64,000 nt of DNA. Source: Candidatus Oxydemutator sp. GTDB taxonomy: Bacteria; Pseudomonadota; Gammaproteobacteria; Poriferisulfidales; Oxydemutatoraceae. Positions 29,666 through 39,585 of this stretch are shown piece after piece (position 1 is the first letter of the stretch; every line of letters starts with the position of its first letter). The DNA lies in NCBI GenBank assembly GCA_965203445.1, contig OZ241883.1, forward strand, positions 1-64,000. Direction: 5' to 3'. Below the pieces are notes generated by a model. The model was not told the origin of the DNA and searched no databases. It worked only from the letters and a program-made list of their open reading frames with translations. The translations under genes were made by a program, and so were the position numbers.

Positions 29666-32600
29666 TCAATAATGAAAAGAAACCTGCTCGACGCCGGCGA
29701 TGCGGCGCAGGCGGCACAGCATTTCCTCGCACGGACGCACCTTCCAGTCGTCGCCGAAGCGCAGGCGCGTCTCGGCGTCGGCGGTGCGCAGCGCGACGAC
29801 CACCGGGCAGCCGCCGTTCTCGATGAACGGCGACAGCGATTCCTCGAGGCGCCCGGCCAGACGGTCGTCCAGGCCCTCGGTGTGCAGGCTGATCTGGACG
29901 CTCTTCGAGAAACGCCGGCGCGCCTGGTCGAGCGTCAGTATCGTGCGCGTGCGCCAGCGGGCGCTATCGCGGGCGCCGTCGTAGGTGCCGCGATAGACCT
30001 CGACGACGACGATGTCGTCGTGCGACAACATGTCGGCGTAATTGGTGTAATCCTTGTCGAACAGCGCCAGTTCGAGACGCCCGCTGCCGTCGTCGAGCGT
30101 GAAGAACGCGGCCTTGCCCTGCCGCGTATGGCGCACGCGGATGTTCATGATGACGCCGGACAACCACAGCGCGTCGCGCCCGCCGCCGGTGTCGTCGCCG
30201 GACAGTCCCCTCGCGTCGTGCAGATTCATGTTGGTCATGCCGGCAAGTTCGCGGCGGTACCACGACACCGGATGGTCGGTCAGGTACAGGCCCAGACCGT
30301 CGCGCTCCATCTTCAGCAGCTGCTCCCTGCCGATCCGTTCGCCGTCCTCGAGCGGCGGGCAGTCGCCGCCCTTCGGCGCCTCGCCGAACAGACTGGACTG
30401 GCCGGCGTCGCGGTCGCTGGCGCGCTGCTCGGCGAGCGCATAGACGCGCGCCAAGTGGTGCAGCATCGCGCCACGGTCGCGTTCGACCGCATCGAGGGCG
30501 CCGGCGCGGATCAGCGTCTCCAGCAGGTTCTTGGCGACGGCCGGAACCAGGCGCGCGCAGAAATCGCGCAGCGACGAAAACGCGCCGCCGCGCTCGCGCT
30601 CGGCGACGATGATCTCGATGGCCGCGGCGCCGACGTTGCGAATCGCGCCCAGCCCGAACAGTATGCCGCCCTCGACCTCGGTGAACTCGTGGCGCGAGCG
30701 GTTGACGTCGGGCGGCTCGACCTCCAGCTTCATCGCGCGGCACTCGCCGATCAGGTGGACGATCTTGTCGGTGTCGCCCATCTCGGCGGACAGCACCGCG
30801 GCCATGAACGCGCCCGGGTGATTCGCCTTCAGCCACGCGGTGCGGTACGCGAGCAGCGCGTAGGCGACCGAATGAGACTTGTTGAAGCCGTAGTCGGCGA
30901 ACTTCTCCATCAGGTCGAAGATATGGGCCGCGGTGCGCCTGTCGACGCCGCGCGCGACCGCGCCGTCGACGAACACGGCGCGCTGCTCGGCCATCTCCCT
31001 GGCAATTTTCTTGCCCATCGCGCGGCGCAGGACGTCGGCGGCGCCGAGCGTGTAACCGGCGAGCACGCGCGCGATCTGCATGACCTGCTCCTGGTAGAGG
31101 ATGACGCCGTAGGTCGGCTCCAATATCGGCCTCAGGTCGGGATGCGGAAAACGGATACGCGCGCCGTGCTTGCGCTCGGCGTACTCGTCGCTCATGCCGG
31201 AACCGAGCGGCCCCGGGCGGTAGAGCGCCACCAGCGCCACAACGTCGTCGAACTGATCCGGCTTCAGCTTCTTCATCAACCGGCGGATGCCGTCGGATTC
31301 GAGCTGAAAGACGGCCGCGGTGTCGCCGCGTTGCAGCATGCGGTACACCGCCGGGTCGTCGAGCGGGATGTGGTTCACGTCCACGGCGACGCCGCGCGCG
31401 CGCAGATAGGCGACCGCCCTGGCGATGATCGTCAGCGTCTTCAGACCCAGGAAATCGAACTTGACGAGGCCGATCTTCTCGATGCCCTTCATGTCGAAGT
31501 GCGTAACCGCGTTGCGGCTGCCCGGCTCGCAGTAGAGCGCGGTGTAGTCCTCCATCGGCGTCGGCGATATGACGACGCCGCCGGCGTGCTTGCCCGGGTT
31601 GCGCGCCAGGCCCTCGAGCTTGCGCGCGGCGTCCATGATCTGGCCGACGTCGTCGTCCTCGCACGAGCGCCGCAGTTCCTCGGACTCGGCGAGCGCTTCC
31701 TGGAGCGTGATGTTGATGCGGTTCGGGATCAGCTTGGCGACGCGGTCGACGAATCCGTACGGGTGGCCTAGCACGCGCCCGACGTCGCGCACCGCGGCCT
31801 TCGCGCCCAGGCTGCCGAAGGTGATGATCTGGCTGACGCGGTCGCGCCCGTAGCGTTCGGCGACGTACTGGATGACGCGGTCGCGCCCCTCGATGCAGAA
31901 GTCCACGTCGAAGTCGGGCATGGACACGCGCTCCGGGTTCAGGAAGCGCTCGAACAGCAGGTCGTAGCGGATCGGATCGAGTTCGGTGATGCCGAGCGCG
32001 TAGGCGACCAGCGAGCCGGCGCCCGAACCGCGCCCCGGCCCGACCGGTATGCCCTCGCGCTTGGCCCAGGCGATGAAGTCGGCGACGATCAGGAAGTAGC
32101 TCTCGTAGCCCATGTCGCGGATGATCGCAAGCTCGGACGCGAGCCTCTTGCGGTAGGCCGCACGGTCGAGCGAGGCGCCCGCGGCCTCGAGGATCGCGGC
32201 CAGGCCGCTCTCGGCGGCGGCCGTGATCTGGGCCGCCGCGGTGACACCCCGCGGCAGCGGGAACTCCGGCAGCAGCGTCTTGCCGAACTCGAGATCGAGC
32301 GTGCAGCGCGTCGCGATCTCGAGCGTGTTCCTAAGCGCGCTCGGCACGCCGTCGAACAGCCGCGCCATCTCGTCGGCGTTCTTCAGGTACTGCTCCGGGC
32401 TGTAGCGCCGCGGGCGGCGCTTGTCGGTGAGCGTGTAGCCCTGGCCGATGCACACCTTGGCTTCGTGCGAGTCGAAGTCCTCGCGCCTGAGAAAGCGCAC
32501 GTCGTTGGTCGCGACCACCGGCAGGCGCGTGCGCGCCGCCAGCGCCAGAGCGTGCTCTATGTACTCCTTCTCGCCATCGCGCCGCGTGCTGTGCAACTCG

Positions 32601-33109
32601 AGGTAATAGCGGCCGTCGAACAGGCCGCTCCAGAACTCCAGCGCGCGCTCGATCCGCGCGCGCTCGCCGCGCAGCAGCGCCTTGCCGACGTCGCCGCGCA
32701 TGCCGCCCGACAGCGCGATCAGGCCGTCGTTGCAGTCGGCGAACCACTCGCGGCGCAGGTGCGGCGTATCGTGCTCCTGCCCCTCGAGGTACGCGCGGGT
32801 GACCAGCCGCGTCAGGTTGTGGTAGCCGCGCGCATCGGCGCACAACAGCACGATCTCGTCATCGTCGCCGTCGTCGTCGGCGCGCACGTGCAGCTCGCAG
32901 CCGATGACCGGCTTGACGCCGTGCTCGAGCGCGGCGCCGTAGAACTTGACCGCGGCGAACAGATTGTCGAGATCGGTCACCGCCACCGCCGGCGTCTTGC
33001 GGCGCGCCGTCTCCTTCATCAGCTCCGGTATCCGCAGCAGGCCGTCGCTGATCGAATACTCGGTGTGCAGGCGCAGGTGGACGAACGGCGGCGCGTTCAC
33101 GTCAGGCAC
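29666..33109 (-). CDS. dnaE: DNA polymerase III alpha subunit
   Basis: [43 protein letters not shown]. Confidence 0.97.
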   Translation of the reverse strand: MPDVNAPPFVHLRLHTEYSISDGLLRIPELMKETARRKTPAVAVTDLDNLFAAVKFYGAALEHGVKPVIGCELHVRADDDGDDDEIVLLCADARGYHNLTRLVTRAYLEGQEHDTPHLRREWFADCNDGLIALSGGMRGDVGKALLRGERARIERALEFWSGLFDGRYYLELHSTRRDGEKEYIEHALALAARTRLPVVATNDVRFLRREDFDSHEAKVCIGQGYTLTDKRRPRRYSPEQYLKNADEMARLFDGVPSALRNTLEIATRCTLDLEFGKTLLPEFPLPRGVTAAAQITAAAESGLAAILEAAGASLDRAAYRKRLASELAIIRDMGYESYFLIVADFIAWAKREGIPVGPGRGSGAGSLVAYALGITELDPIRYDLLFERFLNPERVSMPDFDVDFCIEGRDRVIQYVAERYGRDRVSQIITFGSLGAKAAVRDVGRVLGHPYGFVDRVAKLIPNRINITLQEALAESEELRRSCEDDDVGQIMDAARKLEGLARNPGKHAGGVVISPTPMEDYTALYCEPGSRNAVTHFDMKGIEKIGLVKFDFLGLKTLTIIARAVAYLRARGVAVDVNHIPLDDPAVYRMLQRGDTAAVFQLESDGIRRLMKKLKPDQFDDVVALVALYRPGPLGSGMSDEYAERKHGARIRFPHPDLRPILEPTYGVILYQEQVMQIARVLAGYTLGAADVLRRAMGKKIAREMAEQRAVFVDGAVARGVDRRTAAHIFDLMEKFADYGFNKSHSVAYALLAYRTAWLKANHPGAFMAAVLSAEMGDTDKIVHLIGECRAMKLEVEPPDVNRSRHEFTEVEGGILFGLGAIRNVGAAAIEIIVAERERGGAFSSLRDFCARLVPAVAKNLLETLIRAGALDAVERDRGAMLHHLARVYALAEQRASDRDAGQSSLFGEAPKGGDCPPLEDGERIGREQLLKMERDGLGLYLTDHPVSWYRRELAGMTNMNLHDARGLSGDDTGGGRDALWLSGVIMNIRVRHTRQGKAAFFTLDDGSGRLELALFDKDYTNYADMLSHDDIVVVEVYRGTYDGARDSARWRTRTILTLDQARRRFSKSVQISLHTEGLDDRLAGRLEESLSPFIENGGCPVVVALRTADAETRLRFGDDWKVRPCEEMLCRLRRIAGVEQVSFHY

Positions 33110-33750
33110 CGACGTTGCCGCCCGATTGCTTCGCGCACCGGGCGGTAGCCCTTACGGTGCGCGGCGCACGCGCCGTGCGCCTCCAATGCGCGCACGTGGG
33201 CGCGCGTCGGATAGCCCTTGTGCGACGCGAAGCCGTAGGCCGGATAGGTTTCGTGCAGACGCGCCATGCGGCGGTCGCGCTCGGTCTTCGCCAGGATCGA
33301 GGCCGCCGAAATGCAGCCGACGCGCGCGTCGCCGCCGACGACCGCGCAGCACGCGACGGCCGTATCGGGGCAGCGGTTGCCGTCTATCAGCGCGCAGTCC
33401 GGCGCCACCGCAAGCGCCCGCAACGCGCGCGCCATCGCCAACAGCGTCGCGTGCAGAATGTTCAGCCGGTGAATCTCCTCGACGCCGGCGGCGGCCACCG
33501 ACCACGCCAGCGCGCCGCGCCGGATGTCTTTTGCAAGCGCGCTCCTTGCGTCGGCAGCCAGCGTCTTCGAGTCGGCGCAGCCGGCCACCGGACGCGCCGG
33601 ATCGAACACCACCGCGGCCGCCACCACCGGCCCGGCCAACGCGCCGCGCCCCGCCTCGTCCACGCCGGCGACGAGGCGCCCGCCAAAGTCCGGCAGACGC
33701 GCGGCGGCGGGAACCAGTTTCGGCAACGGGGATCGGGCGGGCGCGTTCAT
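33097..33750 (-). CDS. rnhB: Ribonuclease HII
   Basis: [26 protein letters not shown]. Confidence 0.95.
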   Translation of the reverse strand: MNAPARSPLPKLVPAAARLPDFGGRLVAGVDEAGRGALAGPVVAAAVVFDPARPVAGCADSKTLAADARSALAKDIRRGALAWSVAAAGVEEIHRLNILHATLLAMARALRALAVAPDCALIDGNRCPDTAVACCAVVGGDARVGCISAASILAKTERDRRMARLHETYPAYGFASHKGYPTRAHVRALEAHGACAAHRKGYRPVREAIGRQRRCLT

Positions 33751-33935
33751 CTTCGGGGACAATTTTACACCGCCGCGCCGAGGGGCGGCGCGGGGGCGGT
33801 TGTGGCACCCGTGGCGAGGACAGCGGCGGGCAGGTGCAGAAGTATTTTATGGCGTTTGCGGATGCGTCGCAGCGAAATGAAACCAGATGCACCGGCAGTG
33901 ACCGCTCAGCCACGCGGGAAGACGGCGGATGGGCG

Positions 33936-34256
33936 CTACAGCATGAGCCTTGCGGCAGCGTAGATGATTACGCCGAGAACCAGCAGCGCGACGAGCGACA
34001 ACGCGAACGCCTTGCTTGCGGCCACCATCTCCCGCAGTTGTTCCCGCGCTCGTCGGAACAGGCGCAGACAGGCGATAACGGCCGCCGCTATCGCGGCGAC
34101 CCCGAGCCAGAACAAGAGGTTGATCTGCGAGGTGACGAACGCCACCGCCAATGCCACGATGATCAGGACGATGATCCCGACCAGGGCCAGGAACAGCTTG
34201 GCGGGAAAGGCGCCGGTCGGGTCGCAGGTCGGTTTGTCTGTACCGGATTCAGCCAT
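33936..34256 (-). CDS. Small membrane protein (three hydrophobic segments), unknown function
   Basis: Hydrophobic segments; TGGTAACAT -10-like box 6 nt before the ATG. Confidence 0.55.
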   Translation of the reverse strand: MAESGTDKPTCDPTGAFPAKLFLALVGIIVLIIVALAVAFVTSQINLLFWLGVAAIAAAVIACLRLFRRAREQLREMVAASKAFALSLVALLVLGVIIYAAARLML

Positions 34257-34274
34257 GCGCCGATGTTACCACCG

Positions 34275-34445
34275 GGCGGCGTCCGGGCGGCGTCGGCCTG
34301 GCACATAGAGCACCGGCGGCATCCGGGCGGTGTCGGCCTGGCACATGGAGCGCCGGCGGCGTCCGGGCGGTGTCGGCCTTGCACATGGAGCGCCGGTGGC
34401 GTCCAGGCGGTGTCGGCCTGGCACATGGAGCGCTGGCGGCATCCG
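34275..34445. repeat. 40-bp tandem repeat, ~4.3 copies
   Basis: Unit ggcggcgtccgggcggtgtcggcctggcacatggagcgcc; no spacers. Confidence 0.9.
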
Positions 34446-34643
34446 CCGGATCGCGGCCGGCCTCTATGCCATACTATATAATCGCCTCGCGCGACGGCGC
34501 GGGCGTGGCCTGCCCTTCCCGCCAGGCTGCGCGGGCAAAGAACCCCCATAGACAACGTGGCCGGCATGCCCGATGTGCTTAATGTGCTTCATGCGGCCAA
34601 CGCGACCGACACGACCAGACCAACCCGGCAAGGAGACCAACCG

Positions 34644-35078
34644 ATGGACAACCGCGAGATCATCCGCCTGTTCGGAAAGATGTGGAACGAAGAAGACTAC
34701 GATACGGCGCGCCAGATCATCGCCGAAGACATGGCGTTCAGGAGTTCCTTGGGCGAACGGAACAAGGGCGTCGAGCCTTTCTGCGAATACATCCGCGGCG
34801 TGCACAAGGCGCTCGGCGGTTTCCGCTGCGAAGTCGAGGACGTAGTCTCGGAAGGCGCCAAGGTGGTGGCCAAAATCCTCTTCTCCGGCGAACACCGCGA
34901 CGTGTTTTTCGGCATCCCGGCCACCGGCCGGAAAGTGGAATGGTACGGCGCCGGCTTCTTCGACGTCAAAGACGGAAAGATACAGCAACTGTGGTTCATG
35001 GGCGACGTCGACGGAATCAAGAGGCAGCTGATGCCCGACGCGGATGCGCGGACGGGATGGAAGCAGGCGGCCGATTAG
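34644..35078 (+). CDS. SnoaL-like/ester cyclase family protein
   Basis: AAGGAG RBS; GEHRDVFFGIPATGRKVEW, KDGKI. Confidence 0.8.
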   Translation: MDNREIIRLFGKMWNEEDYDTARQIIAEDMAFRSSLGERNKGVEPFCEYIRGVHKALGGFRCEVEDVVSEGAKVVAKILFSGEHRDVFFGIPATGRKVEWYGAGFFDVKDGKIQQLWFMGDVDGIKRQLMPDADARTGWKQAAD

Positions 35079-35171
35079 ACGAAAGACGCGCAGCAGAGGC
35101 TGCCAAGATGCAGTCCCCGCGCCGAGGGCGACGCGGGAGCGGTTGCGACAGACGCAACGAACAGGCGCGGA

Positions 35172-35252
35172 TTAGAAGTACTTTATAACGCAGTACAGAA
35201 TCACGCCAATAAAGACGTAAAAGGAAAACATCAAGGCAAGAATTTCTATCAT
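35172..35252 (-). CDS. Putative 26-aa hydrophobic peptide
   Basis: MIEILALMFSFYVFIGVILYCVIKYF; ATGA overlap with the upstream ORF. Confidence 0.4.
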   Translation of the reverse strand: MIEILALMFSFYVFIGVILYCVIKYF

Positions 35253-35485
35253 AGTTTCTCAAGCTCCTTTATATGTTTGAGGATGCGCTGTATAAAAACG
35301 AAACAAACGGCTGAAAAAACCAGTACCGTAATGAAACCAGACCAGAGCAAAAAGTTGGTGTGCTGATTCGGGCTGATATACAACGACACCAAGCCACCAA
35401 CAATCAAGACGACAACGCCCGCCAAACCAAAAAATAAGTTGGTTAAAAGAGCAATGATCGCTTTTTCTGCCTCTAATCTGGCCAT
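35249..35485 (-). CDS. Small 2-TM protein
   Basis: MARLEAEKAIIALLTNLFFG...; TGGTATAAT 6 nt upstream of the ATG. Confidence 0.6.
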   Translation of the reverse strand: MARLEAEKAIIALLTNLFFGLAGVVVLIVGGLVSLYISPNQHTNFLLWSGFITVLVFSAVCFVFIQRILKHIKELEKL

Positions 35486-35587
35486 GCGCTCATTATACCA
35501 CCCACCAGCCACCCGCCGACAATAACCACCTGCCCCACCCAGGAAGGTAGCATTGTATAAGCCCCCTATTTTGCTATCATTGGCCTC

Positions 35588-35869
35588 ATGGCAACTACGA
35601 CAAAGCATTTCGACACCCTGCGCACGGCAGAAGCTCTCCGCGATGCTGGCGTGGAAGAGAAAGCAGCCAAGGCCATCAGCCTGGCCATTGATCAAGGCAG
35701 AGATGAGGGAACAAACACCCATCTGGAGCTTGCCGAGTTCAAAGCAGAAATGAAAGCCAGCCTGGCAGGAATGAAAGCCAGCCTGCAATTCATATTTTGG
35801 GCATTCGGCCTTGTGATTGCCCTGCTTCTCGGAAACATGGCGATGACGGCCGGCATTCTGCTGCGCTGA
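35588..35869 (+). CDS. DUF1640/CCDC90-like coiled-coil membrane protein
   Basis: KHFDTL..L..AG..EK.AKAISL; similar to 6042-6359. Confidence 0.65.
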   Translation: MATTTKHFDTLRTAEALRDAGVEEKAAKAISLAIDQGRDEGTNTHLELAEFKAEMKASLAGMKASLQFIFWAFGLVIALLLGNMAMTAGILLR

Positions 35870-35878
35870 TCTTTCCCT

Positions 35879-36346
35879 GTGGCCGAGGGTTCGGCACCCA
35901 TTCAAACCACGCCAGAACCCTCCTCATCAGCCTTGGCACGCATTATGTTGAAATTCGAGAAAGTAATCGAATGCTTGACGCTATGCGGATATACCGCAAG
36001 CGCAAACTACATTGATTATCTGCGCTTCACCGACGATCTGGAAGAGGGAGACAAACCGCTGACCTTGGAGTCCGCCATGGGGTTTGTCGCCCTGATGCAG
36101 AACTTCGGCGACCTGGGAGAACCAATGATAGGGCTCTTTTCAGAAGGAACAATATCGGCGGAATGGCGAATTGCAGACGACAAACACCTCTTGATCGAAC
36201 CACTGGACGACAACAAAGCGTCTTTCGCCCTTATCGGCCCATCAGACAAACCAGGAAAGAAATTCCGCATGAACGGCAGAGGCACGATTACCGAAGTCAT
36301 CGCCACCTTGCGCAAACACGGCGTCGACCGGTGGATGAGCGCGTGA
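35879..36346 (+). CDS. Hypothetical protein
   Basis: Plausible globular 155-aa ORF following the previous gene; no motif recognised. Confidence 0.5.
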   Translation: MAEGSAPIQTTPEPSSSALARIMLKFEKVIECLTLCGYTASANYIDYLRFTDDLEEGDKPLTLESAMGFVALMQNFGDLGEPMIGLFSEGTISAEWRIADDKHLLIEPLDDNKASFALIGPSDKPGKKFRMNGRGTITEVIATLRKHGVDRWMSA

Positions 36347-36415
36347 AATGTTTTTCTACCAAGCCCCGACCGCGTTTTACGATGTGGCAGCCCACGCCAT
36401 GTCGCCAAAAAGTAA

Positions 36416-37843
36416 TCAAGGCGTCGGCCTTTCGCTTCCATCCCAATAACACTGGAACTGGCGAACATGGTTAAACTCGATGATGTTTCCCCTGTGCTGT
36501 CTGCATAGTGAATTTATATCGAAAAATGGGTTCCCAATATCTTTACCATTCATAGGGTAATGGGCACATTCATCGTCTATATATTGGCATCTCGGACTAG
36601 CACCCAAAGAAGGTTCATTTCCATTGTATTCCAGGTAGCGCGCGTGCGATGGAATAATACCCCCCCAGTGGCAAACTAGATCCATTAGAGTGCTAACGGC
36701 AGAAGAAGCAAGAATCCCATTCGACCAGACAACCTGTGGCTGAGCTCCCGCATCCCCATAAGATCGAGCTTCTTTATCAACTTTTTGATCTTTGAGTACG
36801 CCCATACACCTAAGACAAGGCCTCCCAGGCATGGACAAAACGACTTGACCAGAAATCCGAAAAAACTTGCCACTCTTACTGACAACCATTCCAATATCTA
36901 TATAAGGGATATGATTTCTGCGACAGAATCGTTCCAGCTCATCCCGTTCTTTGAATGAATCAAGACAACCAAAAATTACGAAACATCCAGCCAAATCATC
37001 CAGCGCTGAACTCCACTTCCCTTTTATCGCATTAACCTCAGCGTCTGGCATGAGCCCTTTAATGGTGCGGGTGGCAATTTCTGCTTTCGTGCGTTCGTTC
37101 TGTACATCTTCCTGGGTCGCGCCGACGAGACGATTCAAATTGGAATTTTCAACTATGTCATAATCACAAATAACATAACGTCCAATTCCTATATGAGCCA
37201 ACTGCTGAATGACATGTGACCCTCCGCCTCCTAACCCGACCACACCAACCCTAAGCCGTGAAAATATCTGTTGACTTTCAGGACCAAGAAAACTTTGCCT
37301 GGAAAAATTACGCTCAAATTTTTTATTATCAGAAAGTCTCTTAGCAGACCATATGGACATTGGGGATCCGACTACAACATACTCATCTATTAGTACTGGT
37401 TCACCATCTTTCGCAAGCCAAACCACCCCCTTTCCTTTATCAAGTGAAAAAACAATAGCACCATGAGGCATATTGCTTGTCACATTAAAAAAATCCGGAA
37501 TAAGTTTGCGATTCGACTCAACATCGACATCACTAAAATTTGTTGCCCCCTTATGCGCATGCAAGTGGACATGAAACATTGAGCAGCCCTCTGACAAAGC
37601 AACTTGCATTGCCATACTGATAGCTTTTCTATTTATACACGCACCGACTGTAGGATCGGCATGGTAACAAGCGTCGGATACGGGATGATATTCTCGAGCG
37701 AGAATGACAAGTGTGTCGTTCGCTGAAGACACTGCCCCGCATGACAAAAAGCCTACACGTTCATCTGCCACGGCGTGTGGTCGAGAGAGATGGACACGCA
37801 CATCCTTCAACAGTTCCTTTGTTATCTTGAAAATAACCTTCAT
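36416..37843 (-). CDS. JAB/MPN peptidase - ThiF/E1 fusion
   Basis: N-terminal E...HVHLH...FSDVD (JAMM-like). C-terminal VVGLGGGGS, D.VENSNLNR, GCLD, PCLRC. Confidence 0.85.
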   Translation of the reverse strand: MKVIFKITKELLKDVRVHLSRPHAVADERVGFLSCGAVSSANDTLVILAREYHPVSDACYHADPTVGACINRKAISMAMQVALSEGCSMFHVHLHAHKGATNFSDVDVESNRKLIPDFFNVTSNMPHGAIVFSLDKGKGVVWLAKDGEPVLIDEYVVVGSPMSIWSAKRLSDNKKFERNFSRQSFLGPESQQIFSRLRVGVVGLGGGGSHVIQQLAHIGIGRYVICDYDIVENSNLNRLVGATQEDVQNERTKAEIATRTIKGLMPDAEVNAIKGKWSSALDDLAGCFVIFGCLDSFKERDELERFCRRNHIPYIDIGMVVSKSGKFFRISGQVVLSMPGRPCLRCMGVLKDQKVDKEARSYGDAGAQPQVVWSNGILASSAVSTLMDLVCHWGGIIPSHARYLEYNGNEPSLGASPRCQYIDDECAHYPMNGKDIGNPFFDINSLCRQHRGNIIEFNHVRQFQCYWDGSERPTP

Positions 37844-38163
37844 TGCAAAACCCGAAGATGATTGGCAAGAATATGTAAGAGAGGAAGGCTGCTACTCACC
37901 CCCGAGTAAGAAAAGGTGTGCCACTCCCGTCCCAAAATTACATGAGTGCTCCAATTCCGCGCCTTGCCGTGGAAACAACGCCCTAAATAGAGATTGGTGG
38001 GTTCAGTTGAGTAACCCAAGAGCACATCTACTTCCTCTACTTTCCCATCCGAGTTAATCCTCGCCCCCGGAATATAGAGGTAATGGCAGCCTGACTCCAA
38101 CCGCTTTTCAGCAGATGGATAGATCCTCCTCAAATCTTGAAAGTCTTTCTCGTCATCAGTCAT
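37840..38163 (-). CDS. Prokaryotic E2-like protein (putative)
   Basis: Coupled between Ubl and E1 by ATGA overlaps; NW..HVILGREWHTFS..ILANHL pattern. Confidence 0.6.
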   Translation of the reverse strand: MTDDEKDFQDLRRIYPSAEKRLESGCHYLYIPGARINSDGKVEEVDVLLGYSTEPTNLYLGRCFHGKARNWSTHVILGREWHTFSYSGVSSSLPLLHILANHLRVLQ

Positions 38164-38387
38164 GAGTACTGCCCCGCAGGTTCATGAGAAATGAACTTTT
38201 GCTCACTTCCTGGACGATCGTTTATCTGAACCTTGTCGCCCTCTCCTATTTCCTTGAGAGTACCATCCTCGATCTGGTCTATGACCTTTACAGGATCGAC
38301 CCCGAGAACCTTTTTCAGTTCGTCAGCAGAATAGTCACCAGGGTTCACTGGAACTTCTCTGCCGTCAATTTCGATATTAACTTTCAT
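38160..38387 (-). CDS. Ubiquitin-like (multiubiquitin-type beta-grasp) protein
   Basis: AAGGAGG RBS; I.IDGREV..G.Y.ADELK..LGV; C-terminal F.SHEPAGQYS with a Gly near the end. Confidence 0.7.
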   Translation of the reverse strand: MKVNIEIDGREVPVNPGDYSADELKKVLGVDPVKVIDQIEDGTLKEIGEGDKVQINDRPGSEQKFISHEPAGQYS

Positions 38388-38612
38388 AATATCCTCCTTA
38401 ATGATTGATAGTTGATCGAAAATAGCTCGTTTGAGCTTCATTTGGCCATCATAAACAACTTCTTTCTATCTTACAAGTGAAAATAAAGTAAGATAATGTC
38501 AAATATAATGACATTTGTATGTATATTATATTGTGTTTCAATACAAAGGTGTTCTGTTTCTGTCCCTCAGCTTCGCGGGATAAAGACAGACATCTAAACA
38601 CTCTTAATATAG

Positions 38613-39041
38613 ATGTCCAAAAACAATCTCGGTTTGGCGAACCAATTCTATAGTGCCTTCGGGAAGCGCATTAAGAACCGGAGACGCGAACTGAAATTCA
38701 CACAAGTTGGGCTGTCAGAACTTGTTGGTATGTCCCGCACTACTCTTGCCAACATAGAGGCAGGCACCCAAAGAACTTCAGTGTTCTTGCTAATGCGCAT
38801 GGCAGATGCATTAAAAATTTCTCCAAGCGAGTTGATACCAAGTCTTTCCGAAGTGGAGGATCAACTGCGACAAGCGCGGAGAGCCTCCATACCAAGTGGA
38901 AACCAATCAAAATTAATAATCAAAGAACTAAAAAGTCTCAACATTTCTGTGAAGCCTAAAAGCAACATGGAAAGTGCATTGGAGGAAACAGTAAGCGAAG
39001 AAAAACTACGACTAAATAAACACAAAAGGAGAAAAACATGA
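38613..39041 (+). CDS. XRE-family HTH regulator (CapH-like)
   Basis: GKRIKNRRRELKFTQVGLSELVGMSRTTLANIEAG. Confidence 0.88.
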   Translation: MSKNNLGLANQFYSAFGKRIKNRRRELKFTQVGLSELVGMSRTTLANIEAGTQRTSVFLLMRMADALKISPSELIPSLSEVEDQLRQARRASIPSGNQSKLIIKELKSLNISVKPKSNMESALEETVSEEKLRLNKHKRRKT

Positions 39042-39577
39042 ATGATTTCTATAAAAGGCTCGATGAGAAGGCGTACAAACTGCTCTTGCGATCAGAAGCA
39101 CTTGCCTTACCTGTAAGTCTTGAGAAGATCATCAACTTTTTGAAACTTGTTATACGCAAGAAGCCACTGGAAGACGAATTTGCCGGTTTCTTGGCGATAG
39201 AAGAAAAGACTATCGTAGTGAACTCACGGCAGGCGTCAGTACGCAGACGCTTCACTATCGCTCATGAGATTGGACATTATGTACTTCACAGAAAAAGCAA
39301 CCCCTCTTCACCTGTTTTTATTGACCGAACATATTTCCGTAAGAAAATTGATATTAGTAGCGCGACAGAACATCAAATGGAAATAGAGGCCAATGCTTTT
39401 GCAGCCGGCCTTTTAATGCCACAGATATTATTGGACGGATACCTTGATGAACATGCCGATATAGATGTGGGCAAAACTGTAGATATAAAGCTAATGGCGG
39501 ATGAATTTGAAGTAAGCAGGCAGGCCATGCGATTCCGCCTCCGTAATCTTGGATTTCTGGTAGAAATCAGTTTTTAG
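39038..39577 (+). CDS. ImmA/IrrE family metallopeptidase (CapP-like)
   Basis: RRRFTIAHEIGH, EIEANAFAAGLLMP. Confidence 0.9.
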   Translation: MNDFYKRLDEKAYKLLLRSEALALPVSLEKIINFLKLVIRKKPLEDEFAGFLAIEEKTIVVNSRQASVRRRFTIAHEIGHYVLHRKSNPSSPVFIDRTYFRKKIDISSATEHQMEIEANAFAAGLLMPQILLDGYLDEHADIDVGKTVDIKLMADEFEVSRQAMRFRLRNLGFLVEISF

Positions 39578-39585
39578 GCGATCTC

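Noticed and set aside
34275-34445. Possible CRISPR array
   Set aside because: Units are contiguous with no unique spacers; no cas genes nearby.
331-34481. Many long Arg/Ala/Gly-rich ORFs overlapping real genes (e.g. 331-2256, 6447-8924, 22339-25428, 29468-31771)
   Set aside because: Shadow frames of high-GC coding DNA; no motifs, and they overlap well-supported genes.
36416-37843. Housekeeping ThiF/MoeB for thiamine or molybdopterin synthesis, or CBASS Cap2/Cap3
   Set aside because: JAB fusion, E2-like and Ubl neighbours and AT-rich island context argue against cofactor synthesis; no CD-NTase is present.
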